A DNA stretch of 64,000 nt from an uncultured Pseudomonadales bacterium (GTDB lineage Bacteria; Patescibacteriota; Microgenomatia; UBA1400; PJMF01). Each line of letters opens with the position of its first letter. Positions within the stretch are counted from its first letter, which is position 1. Under the pieces are notes generated by a model. That model was not told where the DNA came from and did not search any database. It saw nothing but the letters and a program-made list of their open reading frames with translations. Both the position numbers and the translations under genes were made by a program. Shown here piece after piece: positions 27,070 through 36,719 of this stretch. The stretch spans positions 19,144-83,143 of the forward strand of contig CAZWKL010000006.1 of the NCBI GenBank assembly GCA_964633875.1, given 5' to 3'.

Positions 27070-30000
27070 GTGTCAAAACACAGAATTTTTCTTGCCAGCC
27101 TGTGGTTGTTTATCTGTGCTGCGGTAGTGAGCGCCGGGTTTTTGCCGGCGGCTGCCAAGGCTCAGGTGGTGGGATCACACTTGGGCGTGGGTGATATTGG
27201 CGGCCAGATCAATAATATTCAAATTCTGCAGCAAAATGGCGCCGGCAGCGGTTTTCCCGTTACGATGATGTTGAATATTAATATGGCTGGTCAGGATCAA
27301 CAGGCTATGCACAATCTGGCAGCAGCCGTGGAAAGCGCCGGGTTTCTGCCCATTGTCAGACTAACGCACGTCTGTTCTGCTTTTGAAAGCGGCGTCACCC
27401 CCAGCAATGCGGTGCAAAACGCCAAAAATGCCTTTGGATCCAGTGCGTTGATTGTTTACGGCAACGAAGTCAACAATCGCGAGGCAGAGTGTCCGAACTG
27501 GACCAAGTACGTTGCTGATTACAACAGCATCGCCGACAAAACCAACGTTTCTCCCGCGGCTCTAGATTATTACATGGGCAATCCTGCTTATACCGTAGAG
27601 GTCTTTTTTAATTCCACTCCCGGAGCCAGAGAAATCTATGAAAACTCAACCATCAATGCGGCCAACGCCTATGAATGCGTCGGCACCTCCGATCAAAACA
27701 CGATGGCGTGTGAGTCTCCCTGGGAAGCCAATACTATGGCAGTAGGCTACCAGGCTTACAGTGGGCAAATTTTTCTAACCGAGTTCTCTCTTTCTCCGGA
27801 AGGCCGGGTGCCCAACTCCCCAGACACCGACTTGCAAAAAGTCGCTCAGTTTATCCAGGAAAAAGCGGCTGACACCGGCGCCAGCCTGATCACTCCGCTG
27901 GTGCGCAACGTTTGTAACAACGAAGGCGAGTGGCTGTTGTATGTGAACGGACGCTTGTTTACCATTGTGGGCACTGATGTGACTGAGAATTGTGAGGGCC
28001 GGGCCGGGGTGGGTGAGGGCTATGATTTGAGTGATTTTCCCGACTATGGCTATAATCAGTCGTATTATTATTTACATCCAATTAGAGGTATTCACCCCGA
28101 CACCGATCCTGACGGCAGAAAGGTGTCTGTAACCCGAGCTGATCTGGCCAGCCAAGGCTATGAAGCTTACTGCGCGGCTGAGCCAACCACCATCAAGTTG
28201 GACGTCAACACCAGAGATCTTATCAATAGATTTTTAGCCAGTAATCCCACCGGTGTGAGTGCAACCAGAGACTCAACCTACGTGCTAGACTCCAGCAGCG
28301 GGCAATTCCCACTTTTTCGCGATACAACAGGAAAAAAATATCTTACTACCTCGATTGAAGAGTTTTTTGGCTTCAAAGATGTTTACACCGACGACGGCTA
28401 CTCGGTCATGGAACTCAATACCGCCCCCATCAATACTCTGCTTTCGCAAGAGCAAAAATGTATCCAGGGAGTGGACATTCTCCGAAATATTCAACTGATG
28501 TGTGAGCGGCTGGAGGATCCTCGTGCTAACTGCGCTCTCCTGGAAAACCAAATTCCCGGGACAAATTATAATGTAAGCACCCTTTTGGACGATGTAGCTA
28601 AAGTCATTCCTGGCTACAGAGCGGGCAAAATCGGCGAACAGTGCCGGATGCTCTTTTCAGACCAAATCCCCGAGTTTGCTATGGAAGATCCCGAGCTACC
28701 AGTTTTCAAAAAAGCCATCACCAACGTGCCACTCAACATTGACCGTTCTTTCCGCCTGGCGTTTTTGGTGGCCTCAATTGAACAGCGGCCACAAACCAGC
28801 GCTTTCAACTTTTTTTCTTTTTCAGAAGCTGCTCAACCAAAACATGAAGTGCTGATTGTGGCTTTCAAAATCCCTGATATTCTCACCAACAAAGGTGGCG
28901 GTGAAGCCTCCGGACACCAATTTTTTAATGATTCTGCCACTCTAACCAGAGATGCCTTGGTACCACAACAATTTAGAACGGCTTTTTCCGATCCTAATGA
29001 AGATGAAGTTGACAGCTGCCATGACCAAATTCAAGGAAACGACTTTACCAAATATGGTTTTGACCAGCAGAGTCTTAATCGCAAAATTTGTACCGGCATC
29101 AATGCGCACAATGCCTCGGTGCAAAATCCTGATAGTCCGATTTACTGCTTGAGTGGTAGCGGCGACACGCCAGAGGAGCTGGAGGGTTTGGAAGGATCAG
29201 CTGCTTGTAAAGATATTCTGGGTAAAGCCGTGGTGGACCTAATCAACGGCAATACACCCAGCTGCAACAACATGCAATCCGAGCCGGTTTTAGAAGTGCT
29301 GCAGGCAGCTAACATTATTCCGCCAGATTTGAACGACGGCTCGCGCCTCTTTAATCCTGGCTACGGTTTTGGCAATGACGTGCTCAACTACATTTTTACG
29401 CAAAATCTCACTCCTCAGCGTGATGAAAGCACTTTTACCTCAATTTTTAATATTGTTGGCAGCGCTTTTGATAATGCGGAAAACGAAACAGCGGCGGTGG
29501 ATTTTTTCCTGGTCTATCCGGTGGGCTATGAGCTGGACTCGGTGACTGAAGTGCTGAAAAATACTTTTTTTACTGTTCACCAGATTGCTGAACTCGAGGA
29601 AAGTACCAACCGCTCGCGCTTTGAGGCCAAAGGCTTTGCTTCCGGCTTGAGCGGTGCCACTTTCAGTCACACTTTTAATGAATTGCCTTCCAGCGGCAAC
29701 TGCCAGGAGTCTACTATCTTGCTTGAGGAAGACCCTCTTACAGGGCTGCCAATCAACCCTCCTCAGGTAATAACAGTCCTCAACTGTGAACAAACTTTCA
29801 ATATTTCGGTCAATGAAGAAGGTGCTGGGGGGCTGAGTGTGTTGGGTGCCAGGCTGGGTTTTTGGATGAGAAATATTCAACAAACTCTTAACGGTCATTT
29901 TAGCAACGCTTCCGCTTACATCGCTTCCTGCGCTACCACTGAGGAGTTTTTGCTGGGCCGGTGTGCTGGCCGGGCAGTGGCTTCGCCTCCAGGCTCAAAC

Positions 30001-30498
30001 TTGGGCGGTTCGGAAATAGTCAGCCCGCTTTGCGGCCGCGATTATCCCATCAAAGCCGATGACATCGTGCCGGATTACCATTCGCAAACCATTCTTAATC
30101 GCAGCAGCGCTGCTTATCGCACCCAAGTACCAACAGAACCCGATGTCGGTCGCGCCATGTACTACGCTGCCGGAGTGATGAACCGGGTACTGCAAAACCG
30201 CATTGCCTGGAAGCAAATTCCTCCTGGCGCTGTTTCTGACTGTGAAGGTGGCGATAGTAAGTACCGCGGCTGTGTGGCGCTCCTGCGGGCTGGCGATATC
30301 GGGCGGGAAGTTTATCTCAAAAGACCTGGCCAAAATGCTGAAGGTCCGTACTTGGTCATTGATGTAGCAGCAGAAAAAGATATTGCTTGCTTATTGGAAC
30401 GCAACTGGATAGTAGATGTAGACTGGGGTACGGCGCAAAGATGGAACATGAAAGGGCCGGTGGATGCGCAGATTTGCGAAACCGCCGCTTGTCCGTAG
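27070..30498 (+). CDS. large secreted protein: N-terminal clan GH-A-like glycoside hydrolase, Cys-rich middle, C-terminal RlpA/DPBB-like domain
   Basis: Signal peptide; PIVRL..YGNEVNN (acid/base NE)..FLTEF (nucleophile); C-terminal GRAMYYA..CVALL..GREVYL..GPYLVID..VDVDWGTAQRW. Confidence 0.65.
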   Translation: MSKHRIFLASLWLFICAAVVSAGFLPAAAKAQVVGSHLGVGDIGGQINNIQILQQNGAGSGFPVTMMLNINMAGQDQQAMHNLAAAVESAGFLPIVRLTHVCSAFESGVTPSNAVQNAKNAFGSSALIVYGNEVNNREAECPNWTKYVADYNSIADKTNVSPAALDYYMGNPAYTVEVFFNSTPGAREIYENSTINAANAYECVGTSDQNTMACESPWEANTMAVGYQAYSGQIFLTEFSLSPEGRVPNSPDTDLQKVAQFIQEKAADTGASLITPLVRNVCNNEGEWLLYVNGRLFTIVGTDVTENCEGRAGVGEGYDLSDFPDYGYNQSYYYLHPIRGIHPDTDPDGRKVSVTRADLASQGYEAYCAAEPTTIKLDVNTRDLINRFLASNPTGVSATRDSTYVLDSSSGQFPLFRDTTGKKYLTTSIEEFFGFKDVYTDDGYSVMELNTAPINTLLSQEQKCIQGVDILRNIQLMCERLEDPRANCALLENQIPGTNYNVSTLLDDVAKVIPGYRAGKIGEQCRMLFSDQIPEFAMEDPELPVFKKAITNVPLNIDRSFRLAFLVASIEQRPQTSAFNFFSFSEAAQPKHEVLIVAFKIPDILTNKGGGEASGHQFFNDSATLTRDALVPQQFRTAFSDPNEDEVDSCHDQIQGNDFTKYGFDQQSLNRKICTGINAHNASVQNPDSPIYCLSGSGDTPEELEGLEGSAACKDILGKAVVDLINGNTPSCNNMQSEPVLEVLQAANIIPPDLNDGSRLFNPGYGFGNDVLNYIFTQNLTPQRDESTFTSIFNIVGSAFDNAENETAAVDFFLVYPVGYELDSVTEVLKNTFFTVHQIAELEESTNRSRFEAKGFASGLSGATFSHTFNELPSSGNCQESTILLEEDPLTGLPINPPQVITVLNCEQTFNISVNEEGAGGLSVLGARLGFWMRNIQQTLNGHFSNASAYIASCATTEEFLLGRCAGRAVASPPGSNLGGSEIVSPLCGRDYPIKADDIVPDYHSQTILNRSSAAYRTQVPTEPDVGRAMYYAAGVMNRVLQNRIAWKQIPPGAVSDCEGGDSKYRGCVALLRAGDIGREVYLKRPGQNAEGPYLVIDVAAEKDIACLLERNWIVDVDWGTAQRWNMKGPVDAQICETAACP

Positions 30499-30506
30499 CC
30501 GGTGCG

Positions 30507-31487
30507 CTATTTTTTGCTGATCTCGCCGGGGGAATGATTGAGACCGCCTTTGGGCTTTCTGCCCTGCTTTTTCTTTTGCGGACCGTTTGGTCTTGATTCT
30601 GGTACCACCGGCTGCCCTTGTTTTTGCCGGCTTGGTTGGCGCATCACTTTCATTTCTGTTTCCGTTTGATCTGCCTTTTGCCAACCAGCAATTTGGTACT
30701 CTTTTACCGGAGCTGGTTGCTGACCCGCTGGTTGAGCCGGTTGGGGCTGCTCTTGAGGCAGAGCTTGCCTTTCGGCCCCGCTTCTCATCAAAAACGCCAC
30801 CGTTTCAAAAGTATCGGCGGTTACATCCGGTGATTGCAGACCGTTGGTGGCCTCTTCAATACCAGCCAACAAAAAGGTGGCCGCGGTTGGATCCACACCA
30901 AGCTGCAGATTTTTAATCAATCCGGCGGTGAGCTCGCTAATGACACCAGTGCTAGCACTCAGATTAATACTTCCCACCGTAGCCGGCATGGCGGTCAAAG
31001 CAACAGCCGGGGTGTTGCGGAAAAGCTCTTCATAACCAAAATAAAGTTGCTCGAGGTTTTCCAAATTGTAAATACCAATGAGAAAAATTAGGTCGGCCTC
31101 GGCGCCAGTATAAGAAAATTCCACGCTGTCGGTACTCAGTGGCTCCTGGCCGCGCTGAGGTTTGATGGTGAGATAAAACTTGTTGGTTTCTTCTCCAATA
31201 TGGTAGCTGACTTTATCCACCGCTTCCGGAGAGTAATCAAAACTAACCACCAAATTTTGGTTGCCCACTTCTATTCTGGTAATTTCAGCCACCTGCGTCA
31301 TTTCCTGAAGCTGCGGCTGCCTGGGCGAGTAAAGAGTGGCGTCTTTGCCGGCCTGCCTCAAAGCCTGCTGCAGAGCAAAAGCGCTGGCCAGCTCGTCTTT
31401 GCTAGGATTGGCGGCGTACATGATTAAAATGGTACGGGCATTTTCCAGCAGGGCTTGAATTTGAGGGAGTTGTTCGCGGTCTGTCAT
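30507..31487 (-). CDS. DHH/NrnA-like phosphoesterase fold protein, catalytically degenerate
   Basis: ILIMYAANPSKDELASAFAL, ADLIFLIG, SEL..ATFLLAGI..T.DTFETVAFLM match the DHH/DHHA1 scaffold; no DHH triad. Confidence 0.65.
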   Translation of the reverse strand: MTDREQLPQIQALLENARTILIMYAANPSKDELASAFALQQALRQAGKDATLYSPRQPQLQEMTQVAEITRIEVGNQNLVVSFDYSPEAVDKVSYHIGEETNKFYLTIKPQRGQEPLSTDSVEFSYTGAEADLIFLIGIYNLENLEQLYFGYEELFRNTPAVALTAMPATVGSINLSASTGVISELTAGLIKNLQLGVDPTAATFLLAGIEEATNGLQSPDVTADTFETVAFLMRSGAERQALPQEQPQPAQPAGQQPAPVKEYQIAGWQKADQTETEMKVMRQPSRQKQGQPVVPESRPNGPQKKKQGRKPKGGLNHSPGEISKK

Positions 31488-31604
31488 AAGAAAAGTATAT
31501 CACAATATATCGGTAGTTGTAGGTTTGAGTTTTGTACCCTGCATTGAACTGCCCTGTCAAGTTACGCTCTGTCATCATCAATCAATTGTTGTTATAATAT
31601 CGCC

Positions 31605-33464
31605 ATGGCAAAGCGTATGCTTCTGCTAGCTGTTGTTTTTATTGCCCTGTTTTCCCTGGGAAGTGTTGTGGTATCCGCACAGGATGAAAGTGAAGAAACT
31701 TTACCAATAACTGAAGACGTGGGCTTTACCACTGATGTCGCGCTCATCAAGCAGTACACTGAAGCAACTAAGAGGTGTGATTCTCCGTCTCTGGAGTGTC
31801 TAGTGTATTACGTTGTTAATTATACCGCCATTGAAATCACCAACAGCATCGCGCCAATTGCGGGTGTGGAAGATCCAAATGATAGCGCCGCGCCAATTAA
31901 CCAACTGCCAAATTCAGAATATCGCGGCCCAGTTATTGCCGGCAGAAAAGGCGTAGTGCCGGGACTCAGCTATTTAATTGTCCAAATGTACGGCAATCCC
32001 CCTGCCACCACAGACATGTATGTTGCAGATGTACTTAATTCCGCCGGAGTGGCGGTAGCGCCACCCGCTTATGCTCAGGGCCTGGGTTTTGTAGCCCTCA
32101 ATCCGGTGCTTGAATTATGGAAAACTTTTCGCAATGTTGCTTACATTTTTTATGTGCTGATGTTTGTGGTGATTGGTTTTATGATCATGCTCAGGCAAAA
32201 GGTGGGCCAACACGCCATCACTGCTCAACAAGCTATTCCCAGCATTATTGTCAGCTTAATTTTTGTGACCTTTTCCTATGCCATTGCCGGATTTTTAATT
32301 GACCTGATGTATTTGAGCATGTTTTTGATTGTCGGTATCTTTGAGAGTGTGACCGAAATAGGCTCAGAGGTAATTGGTTACAACATCTTTCAACTTGGTA
32401 AGGAATTTATTAACCAAGGTTATTTCAGCGGGAAAGACGCCGCTTATAACATGGTTCCTGAAATGATTCAGGCAGCACTTAATAGTGGCAATTTTGTTGG
32501 CCAAAGTGCTGTTAGTTGGGTGTCAGGCATAACTGTGGGTTTGATTGTCGCGGTGGCGGTGCTAATCGCCACCTTCAAGCTCTTTTTTGAGCTGCTTAAA
32601 TCCTACGCTACCATTGTGTTGATGGTGGTAACCGCGCCCATTCAATTAATGATTGGCGCCATTCCCGGCAAAAATACCGTGAGCTCTTGGATAAAAAGCC
32701 TGGTTGGCAATCTGTCGGCATTCCCGGTAGTTCTCATGGGGTTCATTATGTTTAGAATTTTTGTGGACGGAGCTATGGGCACCCAGTCGGGTGGATTTAT
32801 GCCGCCATTCTTGCTCAGCAATGGCACCGCAAACTCCATCACTGCTCTGATGGGCTTGGCTATCTTGCTGGCAATTCCCGAAATTGTGAAAAAAGTTAAA
32901 GATTCTCTGGGAGCTGGAGGAGGGTTTGGGGAGATGATTGCCCAAGAAGCCATGGGTAAAACTAAACAAGCATTGCCACTGGGTGGAAGACTTGGCACCG
33001 GCGTATGGATGGGTCCTGGAGGGGCAATCATAAGCGGTGGCGCAGCTGGTCTTTCTAGAGGGGGAAGTCAGGCAGCTCAAGTAATACGTAATGTTTGGAG
33101 TGGTCAATCAAGACCTTCTGCATTGCTTTCAACTGTTCCAAGATTTTTGGGTGGTTTTGGATCTGGTGCACTTTTGGGGGATAGTTTCGGAAGCACTCAA
33201 AGAGATGCTCAAGGGCGCGAAATACGTAGAGGCGGGGTTATAAGAGGATTTAGAACTGGAATAAATTTGGGAGCGAGAGCTACTAATAGGGTGGCAACTT
33301 CTGCTGGAGCCAACCAACCGGATTGGCTAAGTCCAGTTACAAATCTATATGATCGAGCCGCTTTAACCGAAGAGCAAAGAGCTGAAATCAGAGAAAATCA
33401 GCGTTGGGAAGACAGAATGGATAGAACGGGCTGGATCAGGAGAAGAAGTCGCGGGGAAGTGTAA
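31605..33464 (+). CDS. VirB6/TrbL-like polytopic membrane protein
   Basis: Signal, then ~6-7 TM segments (LWKTFRNVAY.., FKLFFELLKSY..APIQLMIGAIPG..WIKSLVGNL), Gly-rich tail; context between pilins and VirB4. Confidence 0.6.
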   Translation: MAKRMLLLAVVFIALFSLGSVVVSAQDESEETLPITEDVGFTTDVALIKQYTEATKRCDSPSLECLVYYVVNYTAIEITNSIAPIAGVEDPNDSAAPINQLPNSEYRGPVIAGRKGVVPGLSYLIVQMYGNPPATTDMYVADVLNSAGVAVAPPAYAQGLGFVALNPVLELWKTFRNVAYIFYVLMFVVIGFMIMLRQKVGQHAITAQQAIPSIIVSLIFVTFSYAIAGFLIDLMYLSMFLIVGIFESVTEIGSEVIGYNIFQLGKEFINQGYFSGKDAAYNMVPEMIQAALNSGNFVGQSAVSWVSGITVGLIVAVAVLIATFKLFFELLKSYATIVLMVVTAPIQLMIGAIPGKNTVSSWIKSLVGNLSAFPVVLMGFIMFRIFVDGAMGTQSGGFMPPFLLSNGTANSITALMGLAILLAIPEIVKKVKDSLGAGGGFGEMIAQEAMGKTKQALPLGGRLGTGVWMGPGGAIISGGAAGLSRGGSQAAQVIRNVWSGQSRPSALLSTVPRFLGGFGSGALLGDSFGSTQRDAQGREIRRGGVIRGFRTGINLGARATNRVATSAGANQPDWLSPVTNLYDRAALTEEQRAEIRENQRWEDRMDRTGWIRRRSRGEV

Positions 33465-33484
33465 AAACGCTTCTTTATTTAGTT

Positions 33485-36400
33485 TTACTTATTAGGATCT
33501 TGCTCCTCAATTGTGGGCTCTCTAAGCCAATTGTCATATATTGTTTTAAATTCTGGACCCCACATATTTTCAAAAGTCCTGCTCAAATCATGTGATCTGA
33601 CCTCTCTCTCATCATCAAAGAACAATCGCCACGGTCTTCCAATTGAATGCCAGCCATCTAATTGCTCAATTACTTTCTGTAACGGATGGTCTCCTTTAGA
33701 ATATACCTCTTGTGGCAAAGTGGCAGCAGAACCCAAAACTTTCTGGGCCACTTCTGCAAAGCGCTTTGCTTTAGGTTTTAAATTTTCTCTCCTAAACCTA
33801 ACACTGGGAGGAGCTCCTTCAGGAACGCCCTCGCCTAAAAGTGCCGAATATTTATTATAAATCTTTTTCAAATAGACAACACTCATTAATTGAATGGTGT
33901 TTGCAAAGGTTCTCTCTCCCTTAGGCAGACATATCCACATGCCCTTAAAATTTTTAATCCTATCAACCAACTGGCCCATTGCCGTATCTAGTTGATCAAC
34001 ACTATGAATGGTACCAAAATCACCATCAACAAATTTATCAAATTCTCGAATTTCTTCCTGCATGGTCCTAAACTGATAATATGTGGGGACATCTTTCATC
34101 TTTTCTCCACGCCATTGGCCATTAATCCAGTCCCAAAGTGTAGGTTGAAATTTCAGATCTTCATGAAGTTGAACATAATCAATGCCATATGGAGAGAAGT
34201 CTGCAATCATCCGATTTCTTACCATAACAAACGTTTCTAGATTCTTAACGCTTTTATTACTGCTTTTCTTCTCCCTCTCCGTTGAGTTTGGTGGCTCCAT
34301 AGCCGCATATATGGAGCGCTCATACACCACCTCAGTTGCACTAAACTTTTCCTTCAACGGGGAAAACGTTTTGTTCATCCAACTTCTAAACCCGGACGGC
34401 AATCCTGAAGGAATAGGGAGACTGTACCTAGTAATAGAAGAAACCTTTTCTGGTAACCGAGTAACCATTGAATAAACTCTGTATTTGGGAAGCGAGGCGC
34501 CTGATTGAGCCTTATAAAGTATGGCTGCCATTGGTGAAGCATCAGCCGAAGCGGTTGCATCAAAACCAGGAACGGGTGATCCTTGATACATTGCGTATTC
34601 AGGAATATATGCATCAGATCTCATTTCAGACACAACTACAAAACGCCTCATAGCCAACTTGATGAAGTCTGGAAAATGGGCTAATTCCGGAAACTCTCGC
34701 TCTAAAACTTGATTAATAGTAAACACTCCATTTGGGTTGGTGTGTTCATCATAGACCAAATTACCTGTTGGATTACCTTTTGCAGCGTAATTCCAGTGTC
34801 TATCTTTCTCATCCTGAACATCAGCGTCGTGTTTCCTACTTCTTGTAAAAGGCCCATTGAAAAGTTCATTTCTGAGAAAATCCACAACTTCTTTAATATT
34901 AATTTTGTGTTCAACTCCCAATTTGTCTTTTATAGCAAAATCACCAAAGTGCCGAAACTTTCGGAGATGATCCATTAGAATAAATGATCCCGCCGCTTCT
35001 CTGGCTTTTGTGACATCTGCCCACGCCAACAGCGCTGGCCAGTCACTCCCTCCAGCCTCATCAACGGCATCGCGAAGAAGAATGGAGATATCAAGAAGCT
35101 CTCTTTCTTCTTCATTATTAAAATGCTCCTTGGCAATGCGCTTCATTGCGTCAACAGCATCGGTAACTTTGTTGTCTCCCCTAGTTCCACGCATTTTGTC
35201 GTTGTCTTCTAACATCTGCCAAAGCTCATCCATCTTTTTTATTTGATCCGTTTTCAAAACTTCGCTTTTAGCAGTTTCAATTGCTTCATTGATTCTCCTT
35301 ACTGCTTCACCATAACGTCCTCCAAGCTTGGTGGGACCAACAAGTTTTTCGATTGCGTCAGTGGTAGAACTATGACTGTAATTGGTTTGATCAAGATAGC
35401 CAGCAGCATCTATTGCTTTATAAGCATTTTCAAGGTTAGTTTTGAGAGCCTCTAAATCATCTTTTTCGTGCGCCCCGGGAGCAGAGCTATGAGGCGCAAT
35501 GTTATTAAGGTCTATTGCCTCAACCTTCTCAATTTCATCCACAAAGAGTTTAACATCCGCATTCCACTGATCAGTTTCTTTTTTAGCCTCAGCTTCTTCT
35601 TTCTTTTTGTCAATCTCCTTCAGCAAGGAGCGCATTTTTTCCAACAAATCTTCTGCCTGTCTTGAAGCATTTCTTAAGGCAACTAGTCTATTTACTTGTT
35701 CTGAATTTATTCTTTCGTTGGCATGCTCAACATGAATATTTACCAGTTCTTGCAGATGAACGATTTTGTCAATATTAGTATTTAAGTCCGCCTCAATAGC
35801 ATTAATTCTAGCCTGACTCACAGAGTAATCCAGTCCCCTCAGCTCAGTTTCATATGCGGCTATTCTGGGATTTTCTAATGCCATGAGCTCCAACAACTCG
35901 GTTAAATATTTTGGCGGCCAATCGTTATCATCCTCGGCTTTGGGTGGTTGTTCTGGTGGGGGAGGTTGTTGCGGAGGTTGCTCCTGACCGCCTTGGGCTT
36001 TCTTCTCAGCCTGCCCTAGATAAAAAAGTCGTTGCTCACGAAGTTTTTTTACTAAAGCGCTGGCGAAATTTGAGGGCAATACATCTCTTTTTTCAACATA
36101 GTACTCCTGAGCAATTTCGCGTAGCCTTTCAATTGCTATCTCTTCAGGATTATCGCCCAATAAATCAAGGTCATATTCGTGACGAAGATTTACAACTTTT
36201 TCTCGGACAGAGCGAATTATTTGCTCAGGAGTGCTGTTTTCTTCTTCTGCCTTCGGTTCAGCCTCTTCATTGATGGGTTGCTGTTCTTTTTCCGAATCGT
36301 CTTCTTCCATCTCGGCCCCACCGAGTGGCTCTTCCCCAATTTCAGTTTCTGGTTCTGTTTGAGGCTCATCTTCAAGAGCAGATGCTTCGTCGTGAAGATC

Positions 36401-36625
36401 TCCTAAGTCTATTGAGTCAGTTACAGCAAAAAAGTTTGCATTGTCTTTGAGAAACTTTTCAGCTGCTGCTATTGCTTTAAGCGCGGCGGATTTTTTTTGA
36501 TCTTTAATAAGCTGTTTGACCTCTTCCACATAAGCATCAAACTCGACAGAAGGATTAGAAAATTCAACAGGTTCATTGTCAGGCTGAATATCAGGCTGAT
36601 GGTCGGGACGAGGTTGTTCGGACAT
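33485..36625 (-). CDS. large orphan protein (acidic/Pro-rich N-terminus, coiled coil)
   Basis: 1047 aa ORF, no recognisable motif, A/T-ending codons; TATAAT 8 nt upstream of ATG 36625. Confidence 0.75.
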   Translation of the reverse strand: MSEQPRPDHQPDIQPDNEPVEFSNPSVEFDAYVEEVKQLIKDQKKSAALKAIAAAEKFLKDNANFFAVTDSIDLGDLHDEASALEDEPQTEPETEIGEEPLGGAEMEEDDSEKEQQPINEEAEPKAEEENSTPEQIIRSVREKVVNLRHEYDLDLLGDNPEEIAIERLREIAQEYYVEKRDVLPSNFASALVKKLREQRLFYLGQAEKKAQGGQEQPPQQPPPPEQPPKAEDDNDWPPKYLTELLELMALENPRIAAYETELRGLDYSVSQARINAIEADLNTNIDKIVHLQELVNIHVEHANERINSEQVNRLVALRNASRQAEDLLEKMRSLLKEIDKKKEEAEAKKETDQWNADVKLFVDEIEKVEAIDLNNIAPHSSAPGAHEKDDLEALKTNLENAYKAIDAAGYLDQTNYSHSSTTDAIEKLVGPTKLGGRYGEAVRRINEAIETAKSEVLKTDQIKKMDELWQMLEDNDKMRGTRGDNKVTDAVDAMKRIAKEHFNNEEERELLDISILLRDAVDEAGGSDWPALLAWADVTKAREAAGSFILMDHLRKFRHFGDFAIKDKLGVEHKINIKEVVDFLRNELFNGPFTRSRKHDADVQDEKDRHWNYAAKGNPTGNLVYDEHTNPNGVFTINQVLEREFPELAHFPDFIKLAMRRFVVVSEMRSDAYIPEYAMYQGSPVPGFDATASADASPMAAILYKAQSGASLPKYRVYSMVTRLPEKVSSITRYSLPIPSGLPSGFRSWMNKTFSPLKEKFSATEVVYERSIYAAMEPPNSTEREKKSSNKSVKNLETFVMVRNRMIADFSPYGIDYVQLHEDLKFQPTLWDWINGQWRGEKMKDVPTYYQFRTMQEEIREFDKFVDGDFGTIHSVDQLDTAMGQLVDRIKNFKGMWICLPKGERTFANTIQLMSVVYLKKIYNKYSALLGEGVPEGAPPSVRFRRENLKPKAKRFAEVAQKVLGSAATLPQEVYSKGDHPLQKVIEQLDGWHSIGRPWRLFFDDEREVRSHDLSRTFENMWGPEFKTIYDNWLREPTIEEQDPNK

Positions 36626-36719
36626 CAAAAAGAATTATACCACCACTTGAGAAATTACGCACATAAGCAATAGCTTTTTATGCCAACCGCGCCAACCGTG
36701 TTTGCGGTATAATTGCCTC

